Shown one piece after another: positions 1 through 9,298 of a stretch of DNA of 39,285 nucleotides (within the stretch, counting starts at the first letter, position 1; each line of letters opens with the position of its first letter). The notes under the pieces are model-generated. The model was not told where the DNA came from. It was given only the letters and a program-made list of their open reading frames with translations, and made no database searches. The position numbers were made by a program, and so were the translations under genes. The DNA is from Candidatus Hydrothermarchaeota archaeon. Lineage in GTDB: Archaea > CAYFZR01. The DNA lies in contig JBHIEG010000017.1 in the NCBI GenBank assembly GCA_046760505.1, forward strand, positions 1 through 39,285, in the 5' to 3' direction.

Positions 1-3
1 AAG

Positions 4-86
4 TGCGGGGGGAGGGATTTGAACCCTCGAACTCCTATGAGACAGGACCCTGAATCCTGCGCCGTTGACCGCTTGGCTACCCCCGC
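4..86 (-). tRNA. tRNA-Leu(CAG)
   Basis: Reverse complement folds as a cloverleaf: acceptor GCGGGGG/CCCCCGC plus discriminator A, anticodon arm CAGGA-TTCAGGG-TCCTG, long variable arm, T arm GAGGG-TTCAAAT-CCCTC. No encoded CCA, no intron. Confidence 0.97.
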
Positions 87-103
87 AGAGAGAGTTGAGA
101 ATT

Positions 104-2086
104 TTATCTTACCTTTGATCCCAGAGGCACTTCTTTATCAGGTACTACTATTACAGGGCCTTCTGGACTATCTACAGCCAAAATCATGCCTTGAGATTCA
201 ACATTAAATATTTTTGCAGGCTTTAAATTCTTTAGAACTATAACGTGCTTGCCCACCAAGGTCTCAGGTTCATATGTATCTCTTATACCGGTTACTATCT
301 GTCTCTTCTCTGTTCCTATGTCAACTACAAGTCTTATAAGCTTATCAGAACCCTTAATCGGCTCTGCTACTTCTATTCTGCCTGTACACAAATCAATCTT
401 GGCAAAATCCTCGATTGTTATTTCAGTCATATCAACAACATCCTTTTTTAATTTTTTCTCTAAAATTTCCCTTTCTCTATCAAATATATCGCTATCTAAT
501 TTTGGAAACAGTAACTCAGGTTTTTTTATTTCGTGGCCTCCTTCTATTTCTTCTATAGACCATTTTACTTCACCTAAATTTAACATATCCCTGATTTTCT
601 GGGATGTAAAGGGTAAATAGGGGCTTAGCAGGGTAGATAAGCACGAAACGATGTTCAAACAAATGTTAATGGTGGTCTTTGCCCTATCTTTATTTTCTTT
701 AATGTCTTCCCAAGGTTTTTTGTCGTTGAAATACTTGTTTCCAAATCTTGCCAAATTCATTATTTCCAATAGTCCATCCCTGATCTGAAAGTTTTTTATC
801 AGATCAGAAACCTTTTTTAAGGTTTCATTTTTTAAATTAATCGCTTTTTCATCTATTTTTTCTAAATATAACCTTTCTGGAGTTTTAGAATCAAAGAATC
901 TTTCTGTAAATGTGAGTGTTCTATGGACAAAATTACCTAAAACGTCTGCAAGTTCATCGTTGTACCTCCTTCCAAAATCCTTCCATGAGAAGTCTGTATC
1001 TCTCGTTAGAGGAGCGTTTACAGTCAGATAATACCTTAGAGCATCAGGTTCGAATTTATCTAAATATTCTCTAAGCCAAATAACCCATCCTCTGCTTGTA
1101 GACATCTTTTCTCCTTCAAGGGAAAGGTACTCTCCTGCAACTATATTATGAGGTAGATTAACCCCTGCTCCAATGAGCATGGCTGGCCAGAATATGGCGT
1201 GATGATATATTATATCTTTCCCTATAAAATGAACTATTCTCGCGTCATCCTTCCAGTAATCTTCCCATTCCTTTTTATTTTCTCTCGCCCACTCATCAGT
1301 AGCGGATATATAGCCTATGGGAGCATCAAACCATACATACAGGACTTTACCCTTTGCCTCCTCCAAAGGAACAGGGACTCCCCATTCCAGATCTCTGGTT
1401 ATATCCCAGTCTATGAGTCCCTCCCTTATCCACTGGATTGAGTAGTTCTTTACGTTTGGTGGCAATAATTCGTTGTCCTCTAACCATTTCAAGACTTTCT
1501 CAGAGAAGGCACTTAACTTAAAGAAATAATGCGTTGTGCTTTCTTCTTCGGGGACAGATCCGCATATTATGCAGTAGGGATCTATGAGTTCCCTAGGCTC
1601 TAAATGCCTGCCGCATACCTCACAGTGATCTCCCCTCGCCCTCGGAGCATTACATCTCGGACATGTTCCTTCAACGTACCTATCAGGCAGGAATCTCTTG
1701 CACGAAGGACAGTAAGGCTGGATTACTTCCTTTTTGTAGATGTATCCTTTCTCATATAGTTTTAAAAAGAATTTTTGCGTTAATTCAAAGTGATTTTTAG
1801 AAGAAGTCCTTGAAAATACATCAAATACAATTCCCAGGTCTTCAAATTCCTTTTTTATAATTTCATGGTACTTGTCCACAATTGCCTTTGGCGTAGTTTT
1901 TTCCTGTTCAGCCTTCACAACTATTGGAGTTCCATGTTCATCGGTAGCACAGACAAATAGTACATCATTCCCAATGATTTTGTTGAATCTGGCATATATA
2001 TCGCCAGGAAGATAAGTAGACCTTATATGCCCTATGTGAAGCGGACCATTCGCGTATGGCAACGCGCAGGTGATCAATAGTCTCAT
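104..2086 (-). CDS. metG: Methionine--tRNA ligase with C-terminal tRNA-binding (Trbp111-like) domain
   Basis: ALPYANGPLHIGH, DEHG, four CxxC zinc-knuckle pairs, YVWFDA, GKDI, KMSTS, C-terminal OB fold (SQGMIL). Start is 2086 or 2092. Confidence 0.98.
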   Translation of the reverse strand: MRLLITCALPYANGPLHIGHIRSTYLPGDIYARFNKIIGNDVLFVCATDEHGTPIVVKAEQEKTTPKAIVDKYHEIIKKEFEDLGIVFDVFSRTSSKNHFELTQKFFLKLYEKGYIYKKEVIQPYCPSCKRFLPDRYVEGTCPRCNAPRARGDHCEVCGRHLEPRELIDPYCIICGSVPEEESTTHYFFKLSAFSEKVLKWLEDNELLPPNVKNYSIQWIREGLIDWDITRDLEWGVPVPLEEAKGKVLYVWFDAPIGYISATDEWARENKKEWEDYWKDDARIVHFIGKDIIYHHAIFWPAMLIGAGVNLPHNIVAGEYLSLEGEKMSTSRGWVIWLREYLDKFEPDALRYYLTVNAPLTRDTDFSWKDFGRRYNDELADVLGNFVHRTLTFTERFFDSKTPERLYLEKIDEKAINLKNETLKKVSDLIKNFQIRDGLLEIMNLARFGNKYFNDKKPWEDIKENKDRAKTTINICLNIVSCLSTLLSPYLPFTSQKIRDMLNLGEVKWSIEEIEGGHEIKKPELLFPKLDSDIFDREREILEKKLKKDVVDMTEITIEDFAKIDLCTGRIEVAEPIKGSDKLIRLVVDIGTEKRQIVTGIRDTYEPETLVGKHVIVLKNLKPAKIFNVESQGMILAVDSPEGPVIVVPDKEVPLGSKVR

Positions 2087-2088
2087 AT

Positions 2089-2649
2089 TCATCTCTCCCA
2101 GAGGTACATCTCTTCTACCTTAATTTCCTTCCTCTTCGACTCTAGGAACCTGTAAACTGTTTGATGGGGTGCTCCCTCTAAAAGCATGAGTACTGCTCTC
2201 CTCGCCACACTTACCTGGTGGGGATACCCTATTAATGATATCGTCTTTCCATAAACAGAAATATCTACGCCTGTGTATTCCTCTATTGTTTTTCTTGCCT
2301 TGCCTTCTTTACCAATAACTCTTCCCTTCAGCCTTTTCATTCCACTTTGAGATCTTCCAGAGAATTGAGTTATATCAATTACCTCCAGAATACATTCCGT
2401 ATCCAGTAATCGCTTGGCTCTTTCTGGACTGAAGCCCCTTCCTATTGCATAGATTATATCCCTCGCCTTCCAGATCATAAAGGGGTCTTCATTATCTTCT
2501 TTCAATTCTATGGTGACCTCTCCTGTCTCAGTATTTAGTATAATCCTTGTGTCAGTCTTTTCTTCAATTTCTGCTTTTGTCTTACCGTTCTTTCCTATTA
2601 CCACTCCGACTCTTTCTTTTGGTATGATCAAGTGCTGAACCGCTCGCAT
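2089..2649 (-). CDS. dim2: KH-domain pre-rRNA processing protein (Dim2/Pno1 family)
   Basis: Two KH motifs (GVVIGKNG, GRVIGKEG) and AIGRGFSPE; lies downstream of rio1 as in the conserved archaeal cluster. Confidence 0.92.
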   Translation of the reverse strand: MRAVQHLIIPKERVGVVIGKNGKTKAEIEEKTDTRIILNTETGEVTIELKEDNEDPFMIWKARDIIYAIGRGFSPERAKRLLDTECILEVIDITQFSGRSQSGMKRLKGRVIGKEGKARKTIEEYTGVDISVYGKTISLIGYPHQVSVARRAVLMLLEGAPHQTVYRFLESKRKEIKVEEMYLWER

Positions 2650-3407
2650 TTCAAGATCTCCTTTAGTATTTCGTCCGAATCAATGACATCAACCCTGTTT
2701 TTCCTGAAAAATTTATTTAAATTCTCAATATCCTTTTTTAATAACTCATGACTCATCTTATGTCTGACGTCCAATGACTGGGACATATCTATTATTACCG
2801 GCTCATCTGTTATAAGAACGTTGTATTCACTCAAATCTCCATGGACAAGTCTCGCATCGCAGTAGAGCCTTCTCAAATAATCCAAGATTAAGTTGTATAC
2901 AATTTTAGGATTTTCAGGAGGATAATCTTTCATTCGGGGAGCAGGTGTACCGTTTACACCAATGAACTCCATGATTAGCACGTTTCTTGACTGCACAATA
3001 GGTTTTGGAACTCTAACCTTCGCATCAAAGGCTCTTTTTAAGTTTTTGAACTCTTTCTGAGCCCATGTGTATACAATTTCCTTTCTAGAGCGCTTTATAC
3101 GAGTAAATCTTGGGTCTCCCTCGATATACTTCAACATATTCCTGTAATCAGAGGTTGAGATACGGTAAATCTTTAATGCGATAAGATTTTCTTCTCGATC
3201 CTTTCCCTTGAATATGTTTGCTTCCTTTCCGGTGCTTATCACACCATTTACATAGCTGACGTAACCACGATTAGACAGTTCGTATAGCGCCATCAATGTG
3301 GGTTTATCGAAGACCTCGTCTCTGATCTTCATATCTTCAGAGTCTTTCTCTCTCTTCTCGAATTTGAGTGCTCTACCATATTTTCTCTCAAAATAATCCA
3401 GTTCCAA
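2628..3407 (-). CDS. rio1: RIO1-type serine/threonine protein kinase
   Basis: ISTGKEANIF, ALKIYR, LVHGDLSEYNVL, IIDMSQ. TTG start preceded by AGGTG. Confidence 0.96.
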   Translation of the reverse strand: MELDYFERKYGRALKFEKREKDSEDMKIRDEVFDKPTLMALYELSNRGYVSYVNGVISTGKEANIFKGKDREENLIALKIYRISTSDYRNMLKYIEGDPRFTRIKRSRKEIVYTWAQKEFKNLKRAFDAKVRVPKPIVQSRNVLIMEFIGVNGTPAPRMKDYPPENPKIVYNLILDYLRRLYCDARLVHGDLSEYNVLITDEPVIIDMSQSLDVRHKMSHELLKKDIENLNKFFRKNRVDVIDSDEILKEILKCERFST

Positions 3408-3417
3408 TGAGACACCT

Positions 3418-3699
3418 CTAGTAATAACCTTTATTCTTTAACCAGTTTGCCTGCGGTTTTGTGTATCTCCAGATAACGTCTCCTTTTTCGTTTTGAAATT
3501 CCCAAGGCTTTATAACTACTAGATCCCCCTCTCTAATCCAGATTTTTTTCTTGAGCTTTCCGGGGATCCTACATATTCTCACCACGCCATCAACACAATC
3601 CACTTTTACCCGATTAGAACCTAGCATTTGAATAACGAATCCGAGTATTTCTCCTTCTTTTGGCAATCTTACCCTAATAACCTCTGTTTCTTCTTCCAA
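3418..3699 (-). CDS. eif1A: Translation initiation factor aIF-1A
   Basis: RLP..GEILG, RICRIPGKLKKKIWIREGDLV..KPW. TTG at 3699 has GGAGG 7 nt upstream and is preferred to 3714. Confidence 0.96.
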   Translation of the reverse strand: MEEETEVIRVRLPKEGEILGFVIQMLGSNRVKVDCVDGVVRICRIPGKLKKKIWIREGDLVVIKPWEFQNEKGDVIWRYTKPQANWLKNKGYY

Positions 3700-4654
3700 A
3701 CTGTTGCCTCCCAAGTTTATCCCTTACATTTCCTACAATGGATTCTATGTATTCAAAGCAAGAGTTCTTAAGATCTACTGGATGGAGCTTGCCCTCTGTA
3801 TACATCCTTTCCAACTCCTCGTAACTTTTTAGTGTTAGATCTCCGCCGTACTTTTCAGGTCTTTTTATTTCAATCTCATTAAATTTCGGGAATATTTGAT
3901 ATTTAAATATCTCCATGATCGGATTGCCTGCAGATATTTTCGGAGGACAGAAGGATTTTTTTATTTTTTCCTCGATTTCATCCGGGGAATCATCAACGCT
4001 TATGAAGTTATTTTTACTTGAAGACATCTTTTCTTCTCCGTCTAAGCCATGTATTAATGGCAAGTGGATGCATACTGGAGGTTTAAACCCTAGTTTCGGG
4101 AGATTGTCTCTTGCGAGCATGTGTATCTTTCTTTGATCTATCCCTCCTACTGCTACATCTACATCTAAAACTATCATATCTACTACCTGCATTAAAGGAT
4201 AGATCACCTGAGCAACCTTTGGATCTGCTTCCTCCCTGCTTATCGTATCCATGCTCCTCCTTGCCCTTTTAATCGTAGTTTCTAATGCTAGCTTATAAAC
4301 GTATGTGGAGTAATCCTCTGAAAGTTGGATGTCAGATCCCAGCAAAAAATCCGTTTTTTTGGGATCCAGTCCCATTGCAAGAAAACAATCCTTGTTGTAA
4401 TCTGCTATTTCTCTAATCTCTTTTAATTTACCTTTTTTATTCAAATAAGCATGTAAATCTGCGAGTAAAATTATTATCTTAAAATCAGCCTTCTGTAGGT
4501 CAATCATCTTATTTATGGTAAGCATATGTCCCAAGTGAATCTTTCCACTTGGTTCGTACCCTACATAAGCAATTTTATCCTTCTTTTTGATTACTTCTTC
4601 AAGTTCTTTCTGGGTTATAATTTCTATCGTGTTCCGCCCTATTAGGTCTATCAT
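3674..4654 (-). CDS. tyrS: Tyrosine--tRNA ligase (archaeal type)
   Basis: YVGYEPSGKIHLGH, ADLHAYLN, YPLMQVVD, GGIDQRKIH, KMSSS, LHPVDLK. Confidence 0.97.
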   Translation of the reverse strand: MIDLIGRNTIEIITQKELEEVIKKKDKIAYVGYEPSGKIHLGHMLTINKMIDLQKADFKIIILLADLHAYLNKKGKLKEIREIADYNKDCFLAMGLDPKKTDFLLGSDIQLSEDYSTYVYKLALETTIKRARRSMDTISREEADPKVAQVIYPLMQVVDMIVLDVDVAVGGIDQRKIHMLARDNLPKLGFKPPVCIHLPLIHGLDGEEKMSSSKNNFISVDDSPDEIEEKIKKSFCPPKISAGNPIMEIFKYQIFPKFNEIEIKRPEKYGGDLTLKSYEELERMYTEGKLHPVDLKNSCFEYIESIVGNVRDKLGRQQFGRRNRGY

Positions 4655-4705
4655 ACCTTCAGACAGTAAACTATTCGTATTTAATGGTTTTTACTTAGAG
4701 ATGGT

Positions 4706-5539
4706 ATGAGGTTTAGCTACACCTTTAAAGAATGTGATGATTCAGACGTAGTCATCTTAGGATTTCCATTCGATTCAACTGAATCCTACAGATTTGGTAG
4801 CAGATTTGGACCGAATGCAATAAGGAAGGCTTCTCTTAACTTAGACAGTTACCTAGTCGATCTTGACATAGATCCCTTTGAATCACTCGTTATATCTGAC
4901 GTTGGAGACGTAGAAGTCGTTCAGGGAAACGTCTCAAGGTCATTGAAGGCACTAGAAGAAAAGTTAACAAAATTCATAGGAAAAAAATTTACATGTATTC
5001 TTGGAGGAGAACATACCCTTTCTTATGTTAGCAGACTTTACGGTTGTAAGATAATACAGTTAGATGCTCATGCAGACTTAGAAGACAGAGAGATGTGTCA
5101 TTCTTCATTTATGAGGCATCTATCTGAGGAAATAGGAGGAGAAGCAATAATTCAGGTAGGTATTAGATGCTTGGATAAAAAAGAGCTTGAATATGCTAAA
5201 AAACAAAATATTAAGCAGATTATGGCAAAGGATATTTTGGAAAAGGGCTTAGGCTTTGCATTAGATTCGCTAAATCTAATTGAAAATGAGAATGTATACC
5301 TAACCATAGACCTAGACGTCTTAGATTCTTCATGTTCTCCCGGAGTGAGTAACCCAGAGCCCTTTGGTCTTAATAATAAAGACCTTTACCTTATTTTGGG
5401 GGAAATATGCAGAAAAACAAATGTTTTAGGCTTTGATATATGCGAACTTTCTCCTCCATATGATCTCTCCGAGATAACAGCTATCACCGCTGCAAGGATA
5501 GCACTCTACATATTTGGCTTGCATGCTCTGAAAAGGTGA
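4706..5539 (+). CDS. speB: Agmatinase / ureohydrolase (arginase family)
   Basis: GSRFGPNAIR, GGEH, DAHAD, DLDVLD..PGVSNPEP.GL, FDICELSP. Confidence 0.9.
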   Translation: MRFSYTFKECDDSDVVILGFPFDSTESYRFGSRFGPNAIRKASLNLDSYLVDLDIDPFESLVISDVGDVEVVQGNVSRSLKALEEKLTKFIGKKFTCILGGEHTLSYVSRLYGCKIIQLDAHADLEDREMCHSSFMRHLSEEIGGEAIIQVGIRCLDKKELEYAKKQNIKQIMAKDILEKGLGFALDSLNLIENENVYLTIDLDVLDSSCSPGVSNPEPFGLNNKDLYLILGEICRKTNVLGFDICELSPPYDLSEITAITAARIALYIFGLHALKR

Positions 5540-5543
5540 TATT

Positions 5544-6560
5544 TTGTCTAAAAATATTATAAAGAAGAAAGATATTATAAAGGCATTACTCTTTTCTTCC
5601 ATCGGAATAGCCGTATTTCTTTATTTGACACATAGAATTGGATTTGATGAGATAAAGAGAATAGTAAAAGACCTGAACTTTGTATTATATTTCGTGGCGA
5701 TAATCATTTATTTATTAACCTTCACTCTAAGAGCATTTAGGTGGAAACTCATTTTCAAACCTGTTTCCAAATCTCCGAATTTTAAAGAATCCTTTCTATG
5801 CATATACTCTGGATATCTGCTCAATTTCGCCTTCCCAGCAAGACTTGGGGACTTCTTTAGGGCTTTCATAACCAAAAACAGACTCGGAATCAAGTTTAGA
5901 ATCGGAATTTCTACCATAATATGGGAAAGATTCTTTGACCTTCTTGCATTTGCAGTAGTGCTCTCTTTTTTGTTTCTCTTTTCAGGTTCTTTCATTGTTG
6001 CCGGGAAGTATCTCTACTTTACATACGCTCTGTTATCAATGGTGTTTTTGTCCGTTGTTTTGCTAATATTTTCCAAGAAATTCTGGTCATATCTTTCAAA
6101 AGATGAGTTTTCAGAAAAGATATCTTATGTGGTCCCCATATCGAGATTTGGAGAAGGCGTATCAGATACCATGATGGAGATACTTAAATCTAGAGAGATT
6201 ATTCTGGTTACAATATTTTTTTCACTGATAATCTGGGGGCTGGATGCTCTAAGAGTATTCATAGTTTGTAAGTCTCTCGCTTCATTTGAATTTTGGATGA
6301 AAATGGCAATAGCAAGTCTTCTAGCTGGAATGATAATGTCCTCCACCTTTAATCCTCTAGGAACTGGTGAGTTAAGTGGAATGATCTTGCTCTCAGTCCT
6401 AATGATTGTGCCCCCTGATATAGCCGCAGCAATTACGATCGTGGATAGAATAATGGTTGTTGGCTTGACAATTTCCCTAGGTATAGTTTCCACCCTTTTT
6501 TTACTACCAGACATAAGGGATTTTGGATTTTTGCATGATTTAAAAGAAAGGCATAATTAG
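5544..6560 (+). CDS. UPF0104 / lysylphosphatidylglycerol-synthase TM-domain (flippase-like) membrane protein
   Basis: Multiple TM helices with RAFRW, N..FPARLGDFFR and ERFFD motifs. Confidence 0.85.
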   Translation: MSKNIIKKKDIIKALLFSSIGIAVFLYLTHRIGFDEIKRIVKDLNFVLYFVAIIIYLLTFTLRAFRWKLIFKPVSKSPNFKESFLCIYSGYLLNFAFPARLGDFFRAFITKNRLGIKFRIGISTIIWERFFDLLAFAVVLSFLFLFSGSFIVAGKYLYFTYALLSMVFLSVVLLIFSKKFWSYLSKDEFSEKISYVVPISRFGEGVSDTMMEILKSREIILVTIFFSLIIWGLDALRVFIVCKSLASFEFWMKMAIASLLAGMIMSSTFNPLGTGELSGMILLSVLMIVPPDIAAAITIVDRIMVVGLTISLGIVSTLFLLPDIRDFGFLHDLKERHN

Positions 6561-6572
6561 ATAAAAAATCTC

Positions 6573-6788
6573 TTAGATCTTCTTATTTCTCAGTAAAAAT
6601 GGATTGCAAGAAGGTCTGAACTGATCTCTCCTTTCTATCAGCCTCATTAAAATTTCATATAGTTCGCTATCATCTGATTCTTTTAGAAGAGTACTGACCT
6701 CTTTTATTGCCTCAACTACTTCTCCATAGTCCATTTCCTCAATTTTACCTTCAATTATTTTACCTTTAAACGTTTTATCCCTAAACAT
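6573..6788 (-). CDS. Small hypothetical helical protein (71 aa)
   Basis: ATG-started ORF filling the gap without overlaps; composition matches neighbouring genes; no recognised motif. Confidence 0.6.
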   Translation of the reverse strand: MFRDKTFKGKIIEGKIEEMDYGEVVEAIKEVSTLLKESDDSELYEILMRLIERRDQFRPSCNPFLLRNKKI

Positions 6789-6892
6789 TTATATCTTGAA
6801 ATTCGGTTCTAAAAAAATTAATGTGTTTTCTATTTAAAAAATTTATTTCACGCATTCATTATTTCATACATTTAAAAAATTATCGTGATAAC

Positions 6893-7735
6893 ATGGCTAA
6901 GACCGGAGTGTTCTATCATAAAATATTCAAAAAAATCAGGAGGATAAGAAACTTCCCAGAGATTCTTGAACAGTTACTAAAGAAACCTAATGTAATTCTT
7001 TATGAGTGTGAGCCTGTTTCCACAGATTTACTATTAAGAATACACTCAAACGAAATGATAGAGAGTATAAAAAGAAAGAAAATTTATGAAAACGCCCTTT
7101 ACTCAGCCGGTGGCGCAGCAAAAGCAGCAGAAAAGGTTTTTAAGAGAGAAATCGATAATGCATTTGTCTTTGTAGGAGTAGGAGGGCATCACGCAGGGAA
7201 AAATAGTTACGGTGGTCTATGTTATTTCAACGACGTCGCCTTGGCCATAGAAAATCTGAGGATTAAATTTAATTTAAAGAGATTCGTCATATTTGATACA
7301 GATTCTCACCATGGAGACGGGACAAGAGTGATCTTTGAGCAAGATTCCAATATCTTGCATATTTGCCTATGCGATAGGGACGAGGTATCCTTGGATGGTA
7401 CAAAGGTAGACGTGAAGATTCCAGAATATTTTACATCAGACTATTTTGGTTATTCAAACGAAGAATACCTAAGAATCGTAAAAAGAGAATTCATTCCAAG
7501 AGCCTTGAGATTTGAGCCCGAAATGATCTTTTGGTATTTTGGCTATGATACTTATATTTACGATTATGGAGATATTGGACTAACCTATCCTTGTTATTTG
7601 AAGCTTACAGAGATAATTAAGAGTGTTTCAGAAAAAATATGTCACGGAAGATTGGTCGTTGTACTTGGAGGTGGATCGTCAATAGGAGTGGCAAACCTCG
7701 TTATACCCATGGTAATCGGATGTCTAGCCAGATAG
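6893..7735 (+). CDS. Histone deacetylase (HDAC/AcuC/APAH) family protein, divergent
   Basis: GHHAG, GLCYFNDVA, DTDSHHGDGT, YFGYD, VVVLGGGS. Start moved to ATG 6893 (MAKTGVFYH). Confidence 0.88.
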   Translation: MAKTGVFYHKIFKKIRRIRNFPEILEQLLKKPNVILYECEPVSTDLLLRIHSNEMIESIKRKKIYENALYSAGGAAKAAEKVFKREIDNAFVFVGVGGHHAGKNSYGGLCYFNDVALAIENLRIKFNLKRFVIFDTDSHHGDGTRVIFEQDSNILHICLCDRDEVSLDGTKVDVKIPEYFTSDYFGYSNEEYLRIVKREFIPRALRFEPEMIFWYFGYDTYIYDYGDIGLTYPCYLKLTEIIKSVSEKICHGRLVVVLGGGSSIGVANLVIPMVIGCLAR

Positions 7736-7760
7736 TGGGCATCAGAATTCTTTAACCATT

Positions 7761-8579
7761 CTATTCAATCAATCTCCTCAGAAAACCATACCAAGCAGGC
7801 TCAGGAAGGAAATCCAAGTATTCCTTAAAGGATTTGACCTTGGTTGGATGGAGTTTGTAGTCAATATTCCCGAGATACAGTTTATCTTCGGAGAAGAGTC
7901 TGCGAATAAGGTGCCTCTGGTTCTCACTGTCCATCGATGCAATCTTATCGTAGAATTCAATGTCTTCAATTCCCCTTCCTCTTTCATCTTTGAGAACTAA
8001 TTTGATACTGGGATAAGAAAATCCATTAAGACTTAAATATGGCTTTCCATACTCATTAAAACTTACATTTTTATGTATCCAAAAATCTTTCAATTGTTCT
8101 AATTCAATACAGGGAACAAATCCATAGTTTAAGCGCATCCTTGCAATAGGTGCCCAGGAATCGTTCCCCTTCATTACCTTATAGATGTAAAAGTTTGATA
8201 CATTTGAGCCATTATATTTGCCCATACAGCTCAAGCATATATCAGAAAGTAAGTATCCCCATCTCTCGCCCCTATACTTCTCAACAACTAGGGTATCTCT
8301 TAGACTCTCATCGAAAAATTTAATCTTACCCATGAATTCTTTCCTGATGTTTCCATCATAAAGCATAACAGTTGTTGCGATTTTGCCAGAGGCCTTCATG
8401 TCAAAACTCATGTAGCCCAATATTGTGTATTCTCTTTTTCCTACATTTATTTTTTGAATCACACCCTTATTTCCTATGCAAAAGGAATCGCCTAACTCAC
8501 TCAAATCAATTTCCTTGGGATCTCCTTTGTATCTATAGTCCCTTCGAAGGATATTCAGAGGATTTTCTCTTGAAATCAT
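7761..8579 (-). CDS. Hypothetical protein with probable divergent GNAT acetyltransferase fold
   Basis: Motif A-like LVVEKYRGERWGYLL and motif B-like N..WAPIARMRLNYGF in GNAT spacing. SD AGGTGA and its own TATA box upstream. Confidence 0.6.
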   Translation of the reverse strand: MISRENPLNILRRDYRYKGDPKEIDLSELGDSFCIGNKGVIQKINVGKREYTILGYMSFDMKASGKIATTVMLYDGNIRKEFMGKIKFFDESLRDTLVVEKYRGERWGYLLSDICLSCMGKYNGSNVSNFYIYKVMKGNDSWAPIARMRLNYGFVPCIELEQLKDFWIHKNVSFNEYGKPYLSLNGFSYPSIKLVLKDERGRGIEDIEFYDKIASMDSENQRHLIRRLFSEDKLYLGNIDYKLHPTKVKSFKEYLDFLPEPAWYGFLRRLIE

Positions 8580-8660
8580 GGATAGCTTTTCACCTTCCTA
8601 ACACTCCAGAAGCAATTTTTATGAAATAAGTCTGTTATTTCTGGGTGCTCTCCTTTCGAA

Positions 8661-8674
8661 TATTTAAAGTTTTC
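8661..8674 (-). promoter_or_regulatory. BRE/TATA promoter for the GNAT-like gene
   Basis: Minus strand reads GAAAAC-TTTAAATA, about 80 nt upstream of ATG 8579. Confidence 0.55.
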
Positions 8675-9168
8675 TAAAAATCAGCTGATACTAATTCAAT
8701 TATTTCTTGGATGTGGGATAGATTTTCATTTGCCAAAATGGTCTTTATGCCAGGGTATTTTCTCTTAACAGGTATTAAATTTTCTGATTCATTATCATCA
8801 ACGAATGCTATGTTTTCAGGCTCTAGACCATTTTTCAAAAGGAAATCGGACGCTAAAATCTTGTCGAACATCATGACCTTGGTTGCCCAGTCTACGATTA
8901 CTATTTCTTCAGTAAAATAATGCTGGATCCCGAAGAGATCTAATATTTCGAATACGGTATCGAAAAAATTTTGGGCTGCCAATCCTATGAAGACTTTTTT
9001 CTCATTTAAAAAATCGAGCAATTCTCGAATTCCTTCAAACAAAACTACCTCCCTGCCCCTTGGATCCTTTATCGCATTGTCTGATATCTTCTCGAATGGA
9101 GGCCTCATTATGAATGATTCACCTTTCCAAAGGGTTCCATCCGCATCAAATATTACTGCCCTGATCAT
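8674..9168 (-). CDS. HAD subfamily IIIC phosphatase (magnesium-dependent phosphatase-1-like)
   Basis: VIFDADGTLW (DxDxTxW), PPF, conserved Lys, FVDD motif IV. Confidence 0.85.
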   Translation of the reverse strand: MIRAVIFDADGTLWKGESFIMRPPFEKISDNAIKDPRGREVVLFEGIRELLDFLNEKKVFIGLAAQNFFDTVFEILDLFGIQHYFTEEIVIVDWATKVMMFDKILASDFLLKNGLEPENIAFVDDNESENLIPVKRKYPGIKTILANENLSHIQEIIELVSADF

Positions 9169-9298
9169 AGAATTTAAGAGGGTTTTATTGAATATATATT
9201 GTTTTTGTAATTTTTTTACAATTTTTAAGATATTCTAATTGACAAAATCAGAGCAAACATTGATTAAATCTTATTGTCACCTATCAGAAGGTGATAAA

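Noticed and set aside
1-103. tRNA-Leu as an integration site
   Set aside because: No duplicated tRNA 3' end or integrase in this window; the sequence beyond the left edge is not visible.
19-207. 62-aa plus-strand ORF
   Set aside because: Antisense to tRNA-Leu and the metG 3' end; a shadow ORF.
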